This document shows, piece after piece, positions 49,633 to 62,249 of a stretch of 64,000 nucleotides of DNA; position 1 is the stretch's first letter, and each line of letters starts with the position of its first letter. The translations under genes were made by a program, and so were the position numbers. The notes under the pieces are model-generated. The model worked only from the letters and a program-made list of their open reading frames with translations, was not told the DNA's origin and did not search any database. The DNA is taken from NCBI GenBank assembly GCA_013239625.1, contig MU056311.1, positions 62,001-126,000 of the forward strand, written 5' to 3'. The stretch comes from Lama guanicoe (taxonomy: Eukaryota).

Positions 49633-51616
49633 AACCCGCCCCACCGGAGACGGAGAGGACAGAGCCAGCCCCACGTGCTCAACAGCAAGCCCCATCTCAC
49701 TAAACCCTGCCCATTCAACTAAAATCAAAAAGGAAAAGTTCCTCCCCCATTGAATCAACAAGTTCCACACACTCCAGAAACTACCACCAGAAATTCTTCC
49801 CGCTGTCAGCTGGTTTTCATTTACTAAATTATTGAAAGTCTAATCACATCTAATAATATTCTGGGCTTAATCTACTGATTATAAAATGCACCATTTATCA
49901 TTTACATTTTTATGTATAAATAAGATGTATTAATGTAGCATTTCGTTACAGGTACTTAATCAGATGATCTTTCATGGCTTTAAACAAACTTACTCCTGCC
50001 CTGACTTCTTAGACATGTTGTCGAACTTCCTAAACGTTGGCTGAGGAATTTGATTTGAACAGAGTCTCTAAATCCTAGGAAATCTGTCTAATACCCACAT
50101 GGACTTCGTTGCACTAAGGTCTGAGTGAAAGTGTGCATTGACGCTTAACTTAAACTGTGAACAGACAGGCAATTAGTGATCCACAGTGACTTTATTCGTC
50201 GTGGACTTCACATTGATACGGGAATATATTAACTCCCTTCTGGACAGAACTCAGCCATATGTGACGAGTCAAGAGTTTTACACCCATCTGATCAGTTTCT
50301 TGAATGAGCTGGCTGCTGAAAGCACACTGCCCTGGCAAGAAGGAGGTCAAGAGTTGGGGGATGAGCCTGTGGGCGTGGGGAGCTCCGGAGGAGCGCACCT
50401 TGCTCTTGGACACACTGTCCCACTGACCCGTGGGTAACTTGCCTCTTGGCTCTCCCTGCTCTGTGCGTCTTCAGTATTTACGGAGAGCACATTAGACACC
50501 CGACCCTCTCCTTTGACCTTGACTATGAATCTCTGCTGTCTGTTTCAACCCACGGTGTAACTGCCGTGGGGAATACAGAGCTGGAAACAGCTACATTTCC
50601 ATCTAACCCTTTCCTAACAACACCTCCCACTGCAGTGTTTCCGCTGCATCATGATACTCTGAACCGCCTCCAGTGCGCTCTGTAATTCTTTTAGTCTAAT
50701 TTCCCCAGTCAGGCCAACTTCAGTTTAAGGTATAATTATTTCAGTTGTTTCCACTGAGAATTAAGACTGTTGACAGTTTAAAAAAAAACCTAGCTTGAGG
50801 TGATCTGCCTAGAGATGCCTGCAGAGGAAGAGGTCTGAGCCACGAGCGGGGGTACTCGGAGTCAGCGGTGAATGAACGCCACTGATCCTCAAAGACAGAA
50901 AGGTTAATCCCACGTGTTTAAGCTTCGTCTCCAAGAACACGTGTGACTGCTAGCTCACCTCTGAATACATCATAAAGGAGATAGTCATGCCTCCAAGTAA
51001 AGTGAAGGACGCATTTTTAAAATACGTTCAAGTGTTCCTCAATTTTATGAAACAGTCTTCTGATCGCAGGGTTAAACGCCTCGCAGGAGAGTCAGCCCGT
51101 TGCAGCTCCGGCCGCGGTGCGCAGAGCGCGTGCGGGCACTGGCTGTTTCAGGAGACTTAGTAAAGAGACCGGCTTAGCTGTGTGCAACCCAACATTTGCC
51201 AGAGTCACTAACCTGACGTCCCTCTTCTGAGCTAACACTTAGGAAACGTTTTGTCCGCTGTCACGGAGGGGATGGAGGCACGCTTTTTATTTCACATACT
51301 GCACGAAGAATAAGACCAAAACGGCATCCATTATAAACAGGGGGATGAGGAGTTCTGACTTGACACCCTGAGTGAAAAGTTGATGAAAACTGAAACACAT
51401 CAGTAAAAGCACTCTGAAAATCTCTTCTTTCCTCTTCGTAGGCCTTTAAAGTAGCAGAGACAGAACTCTGAGAACAGTTAGGGCTGCCCTGACCTCATGA
51501 GAAGCCTGGGAGTCCCGCTATCTACTATGGTTTATTTTCAGAGTTTAGAAGAACCAGCAGGTAATGCTGACATGCTACTTGATAAGCTATCACAATGAAA
51601 AAAAGGAAACTAGAAA

Positions 51617-51725
51617 GGGGGCAGGGTATAGCTCAATGGTAGCATGTTAGCATGTACAGAGTCCGGGGTTCAACCCGCAGCAACTCCGTCAAAATAAACC
51701 TCCCCACTCAAAACAAACAACCAAC
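51617..51725 (+). mobile_element. tRNA-Ala-derived SINE (Vic-1-like, camelid)
   Basis: gggtatagctcaatggtag...ttagcatgtac...ggttcaacccgcagcaactcc with A and B boxes and an A-rich tail; degenerate relative to tRNA-Ala(AGC). Confidence 0.8.
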
Positions 51726-52789
51726 CAGAGCCCGCAGTTGTGATTTTGTTTACAGATGGAGGCGTGCTGTGAGTCAAGGCACTACACTTAGTTCTCAGAC
51801 CACTCGTTCTTGCTCAAGTATCTGCCTTCACATGTAACTAAGGCGCTCACTTTCCCACCAGACAGGATCCACTCCCAGCCACCCACCACCCCAGGCACTG
51901 TTTGCTGGAGGTTTCAAAAATGGTTTACATGAATGGCACAGTCCAGCCTTCCCGTCTCTTTCTAAAACCTGCTCAGGCAGGGTTTCCATACTTCCAGCCT
52001 TCTTCCCACCAATTCCAAGGTCAAATATGTCGGCATGGTTGGACTACAGCCATTGCCATTTCTTTTCCTTTCCTCCTGAACACCTCCTCGGGTCACCAGT
52101 GAACCACCAGGCGCCACTCACTCCAGCAAGCACTCCCAACCGCAGGCTCGGCAGAGACCTCCTCGGACAAAGAATACTTGCACGCCCTTTCCTATGCCTG
52201 TGTTCTACGTATCAGTTCACCTTCTGCTGGGTGCACGAGAATGTGACGTCCCTTCGATAAAGCCGTCCGTCTCTTACTTTATTTTCAACTCCGGGGGTCC
52301 CTGGCGTACTTCTGTTACCTTTATCAACGTCTTGGGAAGGATCGCCTACCCCTGACAGTCCCCCTGTCGTGAACCATCCACAGAAGAATTCTGCTGGTCG
52401 GACTTGCTCACTTGGGGTCCCCATCTGCAGGGTGTCCCAGGAGTGACACTGTGCCTTCAAATGGAGGGTTGCAGCCTCTCCGTTACATCAGGAAGAACTA
52501 AACCCCCTTGCAAAACAAAAAACATTAAGTTGGGACCAGAGAGAGGGCTTACGTGTTGTTTCCACTCATGAGCAACGTATGTCACTGGGGGCGGGGTAAA
52601 CATGCGATGTGCTGCTTCTGTAAGAAAACAGGCCTAAAACGTGGCGAACACTCCCCAGGGTTTCACTGTTCCCAGGACATCTGGGAAGAGTACTTGCCAA
52701 CCGTGGCTGACGCTCAGATGTACCCGGGGGAGCTTCACAGTACGCCGGTGCCTCGGCCCCACCCCTCCGAGAACGCTTAGCTGACTTAG

Positions 52790-54300
52790 TTCAGTGGCGG
52801 GCCACACGGGCCTCAGAATTGCTCTAACACCTCCCGGTAGCTCTAGGTCCCGTCCGGGCCGAGAACCCGGCGCCGGATCCCCGCGGACGTGGGCGTCTAG
52901 CGCCGCCTCCGGGCGGTTTCTCCCATCGGCGTTTCAACCGGGGGCCCGCTGCTCGGGCCTCAGAGGCACCGCGTTCCGCTGCCAACCGCAGCAGGCAGGC
53001 CCACGTTCTTCCCCCGCAGCCCACCTGGAGGAAACGAGCCCCTCCGCTAGCGGGTCTCCCGGCGGCCCGAACACCCCCGCGCTGGGAACCAGCTGCTGAC
53101 CTTTATTTTCAGACCATCACCCATCTTCTGTTTGGTAGCAGCTGGGAGGCGTTGATCATCAGTCGGATTTACCTTAAAAAGGAGTGTTCCGGCCTTCCGG
53201 CTTCTGGTCCGAAACGTCAGGAGCCTGCAAGTCATCACCCGAGTCTTCCCAGGAAGAAAAAAAGCCGAACAAACTGCAGACCAGCCACTCTTTTTCGAGG
53301 CACCAGAGAAACGAGGCTGCAGCGCAAACGACCTCCGCGCGAAGTGGAGACGCGGGCAGGGGGCGGAGGCAGCCAGCACGGGCCCGGAGAAGCCACAGCT
53401 GAGGCCTGTTAGCGGCCCTGCAAGGGGAACGGAACGCTGCTGGGGACCGGACCCGAGCTAGACTGAGAGGTGGGAACTAGGGGCCCGCGGCTTGCCTGAG
53501 TGTTGCCACCAGGAGTCCCACCGTGTTCTCAGGATGAAGATCCAAGACCGCGCGCCCAGCAGCGGAAGGGGAGAGTCATCGCTGTGAGACAGCCCGGAGC
53601 ATCCTGTTTCATTAACAGAGGCCTTTCCAGGTGCCCGTTGGCCACGTGTCTGTCTTCACTGGAGAAATGGCCGTTCAGGTCTTGGTCCAGTTTTTGATTC
53701 GGTGGCTCTTTTGTTCTTGAGTTGTGTGAGCTGTTTGCACATTTTGGAGGTACTGCAGTAAAAATAAAACAAACAAAATCCCCGAAGGCCTGACAGCGAG
53801 GGGAAGACTGAACACACCTGGGTCTCACCAGCGCCGAGCAGCTGGGCAGGGGCCCCCGCCTCCCATTAGTCCCGGGCGGGGGCGCGGCGAGGCGCACCTG
53901 TGGCTCCCCGGTCCCGGGACGCAGGCCCTGGGCAGGACCGCAGACGGCTCGCGTCCCCAGCTCTCCAGTTACAGTTCCCGGCTGTTCCATCACGTGGTCC
54001 ACTCTTCCCAGCAGAACCCTTTGCATATCAAGCACAGTCGCTTTAAATTCCATTGCAGAATCTCTGTTACATCTCTGTCTGGCATTGGGACTTGCTTTGT
54101 CTTGTCAGACTGTATTTTTTTGTCCTTTCGTCTGTTTCGTAATTCTTCGACGAAACCCAAACACGATGTATTAAGCGAAAGGAGGAGGGGCAAACGGGCC
54201 TTCAGCTGAGCTTCCTGAGAGCCGCGTGGGGCCGGCTCCGTGACCTCCTGCTGCAGCTGCGGCTGTCGCAGGCGCACGTTCCCCTAGCGCCCTTTCTCTG
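52790..54300. promoter_or_regulatory. Orphan CpG-island-like region
   Basis: High CpG/GC density; tandem ETS cores (ttccggccttccgg, ~53187-53200), aacgtca half-CRE, gggggcggag GC box (~53359). Confidence 0.6.
53615..53752 (-). mobile_element. L1 ORF2 fragment, GC-shifted
   Basis: Minus translation NQKLDQDLNGHFSSEDRHVANGHLER versus L1 ORF2 [27 protein letters not shown]. Confidence 0.8.
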
Positions 54301-54480
54301 CGTCCCCTGTGGCCCTCGGTTTTACTCAGAGATGCCTTCGAAAGCACAGTCTGAGCCTTGCCTAGTGGTGCTTCCAGGCTGTAAACCCGTTTCATTCAGG
54401 AGCCCTGTTGGTGTGAGGTGTGGAGGGAGGTTAAACACTCCGGAGTCCCGTGTTCAGTCCAGTGTCCTGGTGTGTTCCTT
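53960..54480 (-). mobile_element. Old L1M 5'/ORF1-start fragment
   Basis: gtccactcttcccagcagaaccctttgcatat...tttaaattcc...cttgctttgtcttgtcagactgtattttt...gtctgagccttgc. Confidence 0.6.
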
Positions 54481-55469
54481 TATTCACGCACTGATTTCTC
54501 AGGTACTTTCCAGTACCTTCGACAGGTCTCACGGGGTTTCTTTTCTGCTCAGGTCTTATTTCTGCGTGCCTGGAGCTAGTAGTTGGGGTCCATTCGGCAG
54601 GGGGGTGCAGGGAAGGCAATCTGTATGCAGATCACAACTTTGATTTCGGCTTTTAACAACAACAAAAAATCCTTCTGAAGTATCTACTTGTCACTGACAT
54701 GAAGGAACACCTCCCTCAGCGTTTGGTTTTCCAGAAACGGGTAAGGCTTGGAGCAAAACCGCTTGAGCAAGAAACTGAGACCTCCAGTCTGCGCACTTCC
54801 ACCCATCACACTGCTGGGCTCCAGGAGCTTCTCTAGGCTTGAAGGCTACGGTGTGAAAACGGAGAAGTGGTATCTTTCAGGCAACTTCTCTAACTCAGCC
54901 TCCCAGCGGCTCGGTAGTGTCCCACTGAAACTCCAGGCGATCATCACAAACTTCGTTCATGGTCCGTCCATATCATAAAGACAATTTTTAACCAATGATC
55001 GCCTTTTTAAATGTCGGTCCTTATATGCAAATAAATGCTTTATTCTGCCTGAGGCTTGAGGATTAGTTATTACATCTCAGTGTCCCTTGTTGCCTTGGTC
55101 CATGTGTCACAGCTTTAGGGGAAATACATCACAGTGGCTGAGAATTGTGGCTTCATTTTTCATTGAAGCCAGAGGGGTCCCCCCCCCACTTTTTCTATTT
55201 TGTTTTTCTCCATTTGGAAAAAATAAAAGAAGGAAGAACAAAAACAAAAACAAAACAAATGAAAATGTTTGTTTATCATTTGTTAAAAATCCTGTCTCTT
55301 TGACAAATGACATCGTTTTGGCTGAAATCAACCTTTTGATTGGTGAGTTACCGCGATGGTTCTCCAGCTGGACCCGTTGCTTATATTCTCTCCCCCTCTG
55401 CACCACACACACTGCCAGTTTAACTTTTATGAACATAGGATAACATACAGGTCAGCAGGGGCTGTAACA

Positions 55470-58400
55470 TTTATTCATCCGTTCAGCAAATATTTATTGA
55501 GAAGCTATTGAAATTACTTCAGAAAATAGCTGAGAATAAAAAGAAAAAGAGTTGATGTTTATGGAGCCATATAAAAAGAGAGACATTCAATAAAAAGTAA
55601 ACAAATAGATATATAAGTTACAGCTGCAATAAATGCTGTGAGGAAAAATTGTTTTAAATGACAGGAATGTTTTTCTAGATAGAATTTTCAAAGATTTAGC
55701 TAGAAAGCTGAAGTTTGAACAAAAACCAAAAATGTACTGAAGAAGTAATACTCATATCAAGGGGAGAGCATTCCAGGCAGAGGGCAGGGAAAACCCGACA
55801 GGCCTGCTGGGAGGGGGCTTGCCCTGGGTGAGGAACAGGAAGGAGGCCCTCGTGGCTGGAGTGACGGACAAGGGCAAGAGTGACGATGGAGGTCGGGGAC
55901 AGCCAGGGTGGGGTCACAGAGGACCTCAGCAGTCTCAGGAAGGACAGGTAGCACTCATACTCATCAGCACGCATGCAAGGGCCTCAGAACAACAACCTGA
56001 GACCCTGAGTTTAGCAAAAGGGCTTAGATGTGCAGAGAGAACCCCCATTCACCCATCCATCCGTCTGTCCACCTCCTTCTACTGCTGAGTAAACTGAAGC
56101 CCAAAGAGGACACTCTCTTTTCCGAGGTCACTTTGCCATTCTGCCTGGTCCACGGCTCCGTCTGAGGGTCTCCTCTGCCTGGGGCAGGGGTCTCCATCAT
56201 GAAGGAGGAGAATCAGACAATCTGGCTGCTGTGTGAAAGGCTCAGGGAAGGGAAGGCTTGGTGAGCTGGCCTGGCTGGTCACTGCGACGTCTCTAACACA
56301 AGGTCTACACCATGACACTGGGTCTCACTCCAGAAAGTACCACTGGGCAAGGAAGTGGGGAGAACTCTGGGCCCAGGGGCGGTCAGATCTGAAGCCACAC
56401 CCTCCTGCTGCCCTTCCACTAATGAGCTGCAGGAGGCAGGCAAGCAACTGCAATCCTTTGGTGTCAGTTGTCCCATCTGCAAAACGGGAATAACCTCACT
56501 GTCTCAGAGGGTCATTGGGCTGGGGAAGTAAGGCAACAATGAAGGAAAGTGTTACGTGAGATGGGGGGCAGAGAAGGAGAGGCTGGACAGAAAGCACTGG
56601 ACTTCCGGACTGACAAGCAGGTCACCGAAGCCCAGCATTTGGCTGCTTCGTGGGCTTTGGTTCAGTCGAAGGGCCCCCCAAGTAGACCTCAGTTGACCCG
56701 AATCCCACCAGTCTCACTGTACGTATCCCAAGTGCCTTGGCCTTTGACACGTTATCATTAAGAAGCCTTTCAGATACCCAAGTGGAAAGGTGTGGTGGGC
56801 AGTGGAGTTCCTAGTATGGGATTAAGGAAAGAGGTGAGAATGTGAGATGTTACACTTGGGAGCCATCAGTTTAAAGGTGGTATTTAAAACGTAAGAACTG
56901 CTGTAGGCTTGGAGGAACGGGAGTACAGACAGAGAAGAGGAAAGAGGCCCGAGAAGAGAGGCCGAGGGCACCTCGGTGGTTAGGGAACAGGGAGGAATGA
57001 GGGTCTAATGAAGGATTTTAGGAACATGTGGGCAGTGAGATGGGAAAACCAAGAACATGTATTGTCCCAGGAGCCAAGCTAAAAATGTTTCAAGAAAATA
57101 AACAAACAACAAAACACGTGATTGCCTGTGTCAAATGGTGAAGGGCAGAAAAATGAGAACAGAGTTGGTCACTGGATTTGGCAATGTGTGAGCTACTGGT
57201 GACGCTGGAGTAGGTGATCTGGGGGGAGAAGGGGGGAGAAAGTGTGACGAGTACCCCTGTGACGTTTTTCTGTTTTCTCAGTTAGATAAGAAGCAAGGCC
57301 ACCAAATGGGAAAGGAGAGGAGGGTGCTGCTAGTTATAAGACAATGTGTGGCATAGTTATTTCAAAGAGAGCTGGACCAGAGGGATGCAGTGGCACTGCC
57401 AGACAGCAAGGGTCCATGTGCAGCTGTGACGGTGAAGTGCCAGCAGTCACACAGCTGTGTGTTTTCCCACAATTTCCAGGTGTGGTGATGCTGCCAGAAC
57501 TGGCAAAGTCAGATTTCATTTAGGGATTCGGGGATGAAAATGAGGAAGTTTAAAGTCATGCAAACAATGATTCGTGGTGTCCAGGCTGGAAACAGCGGGC
57601 ACTGCGAGCAGAGCCATGAGTGGGGGAAGCACTGGCGTTTAGTGGAGGCGCCATCTTAATCCTAGTAAATATCTGTTCAGATCAGGGAAGAAAGGAGATG
57701 AGGGACGGGAGGTGGGGGCCAGGGAAGGTCATCCTCTCACCTGGCACCGTGAAGGCTGCAAAGCTGGGACACGGTCCCCGAGGAGTCCCCGGGGGAGGGG
57801 CCACCACAGGGTAACTGGAGAGCAAGTCAACAGGAGTGAGAAGGTCAGGGATGTAAAACGCCTGGGGAGAGACAGCTTGTCTGCACGGCCACTGACACTG
57901 CCGGCAATGAGGACAGTCACCGTGATAATGGGCCCTGAGCCAGATCCCAGAACGTTCAGTGAAGGGGGAGGCGAAGTGAATGGTAAGTGACTGTGGAAGC
58001 CCTGGGGTACCCAGGACATGGCCTTGTCTGTGTTTACGGTGGGGCGCGGGGGACAGTCGTCCGAAGCGGGAGTGGATCCTAGCCCGTGTCCAAGGCCAGG
58101 GCGCGCGGGGTGTGGGGCGGGGTGGAACAGACACCGCCTGGGAAGATGAAGGGTGAGCGCTGTCCTCCTGGGAAGTGGGTTTTAGAGCAGAAGTGGGGGG
58201 AGCACGGGCTGTGACGGAGAGTGGAGTGGGACTCCCGGGAGGGGCAGTGACCTGCAGCCCTCGCGCCATCACTAAAGCTTAGGTTGTGCCCTGCACGCTC
58301 TGGTGACCCGCGGAAGACGCAGGATCTGACTGGGGAATCAGTCAGTTCGGGTGGGGCCGCGGGGCGATGGCTGGGGTGGGCAAGACTAGAAGCAGCATGG

Positions 58401-58600
58401 ACCCCGTTCTGGACCAAGACAGTGGTGGCAGAGGAAGGGTCGGGGAGAGGGGCACAGGAGGGAGGGCCAAGGGCAGAAGAGCAGGGCGCAGGGAGGGGAG
58501 GCGGGCAGGGTGAGAAGCAGGAGGAAGTGGACAGGCACGGGATGAACTCTGGGTCCTGAGTGAGGCAAGACCAAAGGGACAGAGCCCGGGAAGCCACTGC
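55470..58600 (-). mobile_element. Long interrupted L2 LINE relic
   Basis: 3' end attcatccgttcagcaaatatttattgag; gagagcattccaggcagaggg; ggaggccctcgtggctggag; agatacccaagtgga; ttgggagccatcag; cactggatttggcaa; further purine-rich L2-like sequence to ~58.6 kb (that last part is less certain). Confidence 0.7.
56345..56560 (+). mobile_element. MIR nested in L2
   Basis: ggcaagcaactgcaatcctttggtgtcagttgtcccatctgcaaaacgggaataa. Confidence 0.7.
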
Positions 58601-60544
58601 CCATTGCAAGGAGTGCTGGCTTACAGATCAGAGTTGGAAAGGAGATGGCCGGACACACTTATTTTCTCTGAAACATCCAGCGAGGCATAAGCCTGCAGCA
58701 GTAGCCCTGCCACGCCAGCATCCAATGGAAAGGGTCGATGAAAAGGAAACATTCTCATATGCAGTCAAAACGACATTTGAACCACATTTGCCAGTGTGCG
58801 TACCTCCTGAAATGTCCTGCTTTGAATTCCAGCTTTTTAAACCCCCTTTCTAATCTCCCCAAATTTATGTTTCAGGTGTAAAGGGAAGGAGACAAGACGG
58901 GAAATGTGAAGTGAAGGGGTTAGAAGTAGAGGCAAATCATTTCCATTTTTTCAAGATATGTGAGCAGAGAGAAAAATACACTTTTCATGCTTAGTCAGAT
59001 AGCTTTTTCTGTTCAAATGTCTGGAAATCAAGTGAACTAGGGAACTGTAAACTTCACTTTAGGGACCCGAATTGGGAAGGAAAGACCCACGCTGAGCCAG
59101 AACAATTGGAAATAAAATAGGCTAAAATATTTACGTTTAAAAATAAAGTTCCCAACTCCAGGTGTTAAGTCCTCTCTCCTAAATGCATTTTGCATATTTA
59201 TGCAATGCTGAAAAGGACAAAATTAATGTAAATTCAGTCCAAACTCTTTCTCATCGTAAATGCATAAAAAATATAATGTTCTCCCATAAAGCATACAAAA
59301 GCTGAGAAAATATTTTGAGATCGTGCTCAAAAACGCCGTAGCAATGTAATCAAGTGGAATTTATTTTAACAAAAATATCTCAGACTGCAAAATGTTTTTC
59401 AGTGGACTACTAGTTGACACTCGGCTTAGCAGGGAGTCAGAGCTCACAAAAATTGTTCTTCTTAGCATTACCTTTAGATTTGTGGTTCTTTTTTTTTTGT
59501 TATTCTTAACTTGGGTTGCTTCCATGCTTACATAGCTAAAATTAGAAATGACTGTGATCTTATCACTCCTAAAATATCCATAATTTATGAAATTTGGTCC
59601 TGTTAATAAAACAAATTTCATTCACATACAATGTAACATATAACAATAGCGAAACACGGAGAAAAACAGAAACGCAGAAATGCAGAAAAACATTAGAGAT
59701 GTTCATTGAAACAGCTGGAGTGTTTCTATGAAGGATGGAGTTCTTTTGAATAACACCTTTAGCACCAAACACATTGCTTAGTAGACACTGTGCCACAGAT
59801 TCATTCAATTAAACACTCCACCCTGAAAGATCACTCAAGACAAGGGACATATGGAAACTCTGTGAAATTACGGAAATCCTGCATGGTTTACAGTGGGCTT
59901 GGAAGGGGTCAGGAAGCCATGCACGTCCAAGACACCCATCCCCGACTCCTGGGGCGCGTCCCGAAAGTGTGATTCTGGAAAGACGGAAGTTGATTCCAAC
60001 TCAGCGTAAGATAATTAGGGCCTGATCCATCAAGAGGAAAGAAATGGATAAAAAGACAGCAGGAGCGCCACGCGGGGCAAGATGAAACTTCGAGTCGGTT
60101 ACATCTGGGCTGAGCTAAGCTGTCATCTCCTCCACCAGACGGTCAAGCTTTCTGCACAGGATAACGACCCCCGCCCTCCTGCTGCACACAGGACTGGTGT
60201 GCACGGAAAACTCAGTCGCACACGTGAGTGTGCCTGGTGAACTAGACCGTGTTCTTCGTACTTAAGGGTTTTTTTTTCTCCCCTTTATTATTAAATGTTA
60301 ATGTTTTGCACACAACTGGGGATCTTGTGTTTGGCGTTACCTACAGGAGAGAGGTGAAGTTAAGTTCCAGCTGGGCCTCCAGGGCCCTTTGAAGAGAAAG
60401 ACGCCTCACAAGGCCACACCCAGGGGCAGATTTTTGTCACCAGGTCCATTAGCTGGCCCTCCAATCATACCAGAAGATCCTCGCTGTCTCTGTCTGGTGG
60501 GAGAGAGCAGGTCTTGTGAAAAGAGTGGGTATCTGATTAAAAAG

Positions 60545-60690
60545 AAGGCCTTGATTTCCAGCTGAATTCCTGCGGTCCCCTCGGGCTCGGCCCTTCAGTT
60601 TCCTCAGGTAAACTAAGGACAATGACATGACAGTAACGTGGATTGTGTGGGATCATCTGAGAGAGAATGTAAACAAAATTGGATCGTGAA
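60545..60690 (+). mobile_element. MIR fragment
   Basis: cttcagtttcctcaggtaaactaaggacaatgac...ggattgtgtgggatc. Confidence 0.55.
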
Positions 60691-62249
60691 TTGAAAACTG
60701 CTAGAGAAAATCATGGTGCTAACCTTCCATAAAGTTAATCCTACTTAACGCTTTATGAAATAACCATAGTATTCTGGAGTCCTGCTACAAACGCTTATAT
60801 AAAGTCATAAAGATCTTTTAAGTAATTATAGTGGATTATTAGCTGTCAGAATTTAGGGAAATAAAAAAGCTGTGAATTGCTTTTCTTTTCATTTCATGTG
60901 CTTTATGTGAGGATTAAAGAAACCGTTCTAGGATTCAGCAAGATCAAAACCCACTTTCCTGCTCGCGGATTGAACATCACATGCAAATCGGCAGCAGCGC
61001 CGACGACTCCTGGATTTCTGAGCCTTGCGGTAATTGAGCAGCATTTATCCTCACTTTTTAGATCAGTTTCTCATTGAGCTTTCATCTCATGAGCTGGGGA
61101 GCTAATATATGAAGTAATCTGAATTAATGCAGAAAAACATTAGAGATGTTCATTTTTCAGGTGTGAGTGATTTCCCAAAGCACTGCCACCTGCTCCGTCC
61201 CTGTTCCTCGGTAATCGTGTAAATCGGCAAAGCCGTCGTGTGCTTGGCACAGTTTTGACACTGGGCTTTCAAACATATCTGACTCTCTTGCTCTCCAGAT
61301 GTTTGCAAATGATCACTGACGCGCCTAGAGCTGAATCTGTCTGCCGGATTCGCTGCTCCCCACTTTGTGGGGTCCTTTTCCATCTTTTCCTCCGTTGAAG
61401 CCCGTCTTACACGTGATCAGTTGCTTCCAGCAGCCCCAGCAGGGAGTGAGCAGGGGTGGCGAGAAACAAGTCATTTTGTCACCTGTTTGTTTCTTTGAAA
61501 ATACCTGAAAGTTTTGGCTAACGTGGCCTTTTTGACTGCTTATTAATTTGAATTATGACTGATTTCACAGGCACGTACTGGAAAGGTAAGTTAGACGGGG
61601 GTGGAAATAGAGGGATGAAAATTAAAATATAACTTAGATATTGCACGTGATGAATGGGGAACTGAATGTCACACGCGAGACCTCACGTGGGCAGTGTGGG
61701 CTGAGAATGAGAGCACGCCCCCGACCCTAGCAGAACTTGGTCCTTACAAGGTTCTGATGTTACTCAGACCACGGGGAGGAGTGGTGGCCATGTAGAGAAT
61801 GTCTGAAAACACAAATTTCCATGTTAATCTAATTTTTTCCTGAAACTGTACATATATGTGTTGTTTTTTAACGTCCCTGACATGAGACACACGATGCGGC
61901 TCTGGCCTGAACCGACGACAGTCTCTGTTTAACTCCCATGTGCTGGCGGGGGTCCTGACTTGCCGCCCACTCTCTCGATTCTGCTTCCCTGCTACGGATG
62001 GGTTACCCCTTGTCATTTTTTCCCTCCTACTTTTGCGTTTATTTCTATGTTTTCATAGAAAAATATGTGGGGGTGGAAAATATGTTCAATAATTTTGTAG
62101 CCCAGACCATGACTCCTCTGAGGGTTGGTAAGTGAAAGCAGTGCATGCACAAGGTTAAGAATGCAGACACCTTCCCACTCACAGTGTCCCCGACACCCTG
62201 ACACACACACTCACACACACACACCACGGGACTATTACCACGTTCAGAA

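Noticed and set aside
51617-51695. Possible tRNA-Ala gene
   Set aside because: Deletions and mismatches break the cloverleaf, there is no T-run terminator, and an A-rich tail follows: a SINE.
58155-58175. REST half-site (gcgctgtcc)
   Set aside because: Left half-site missing; lies in L2-like sequence.
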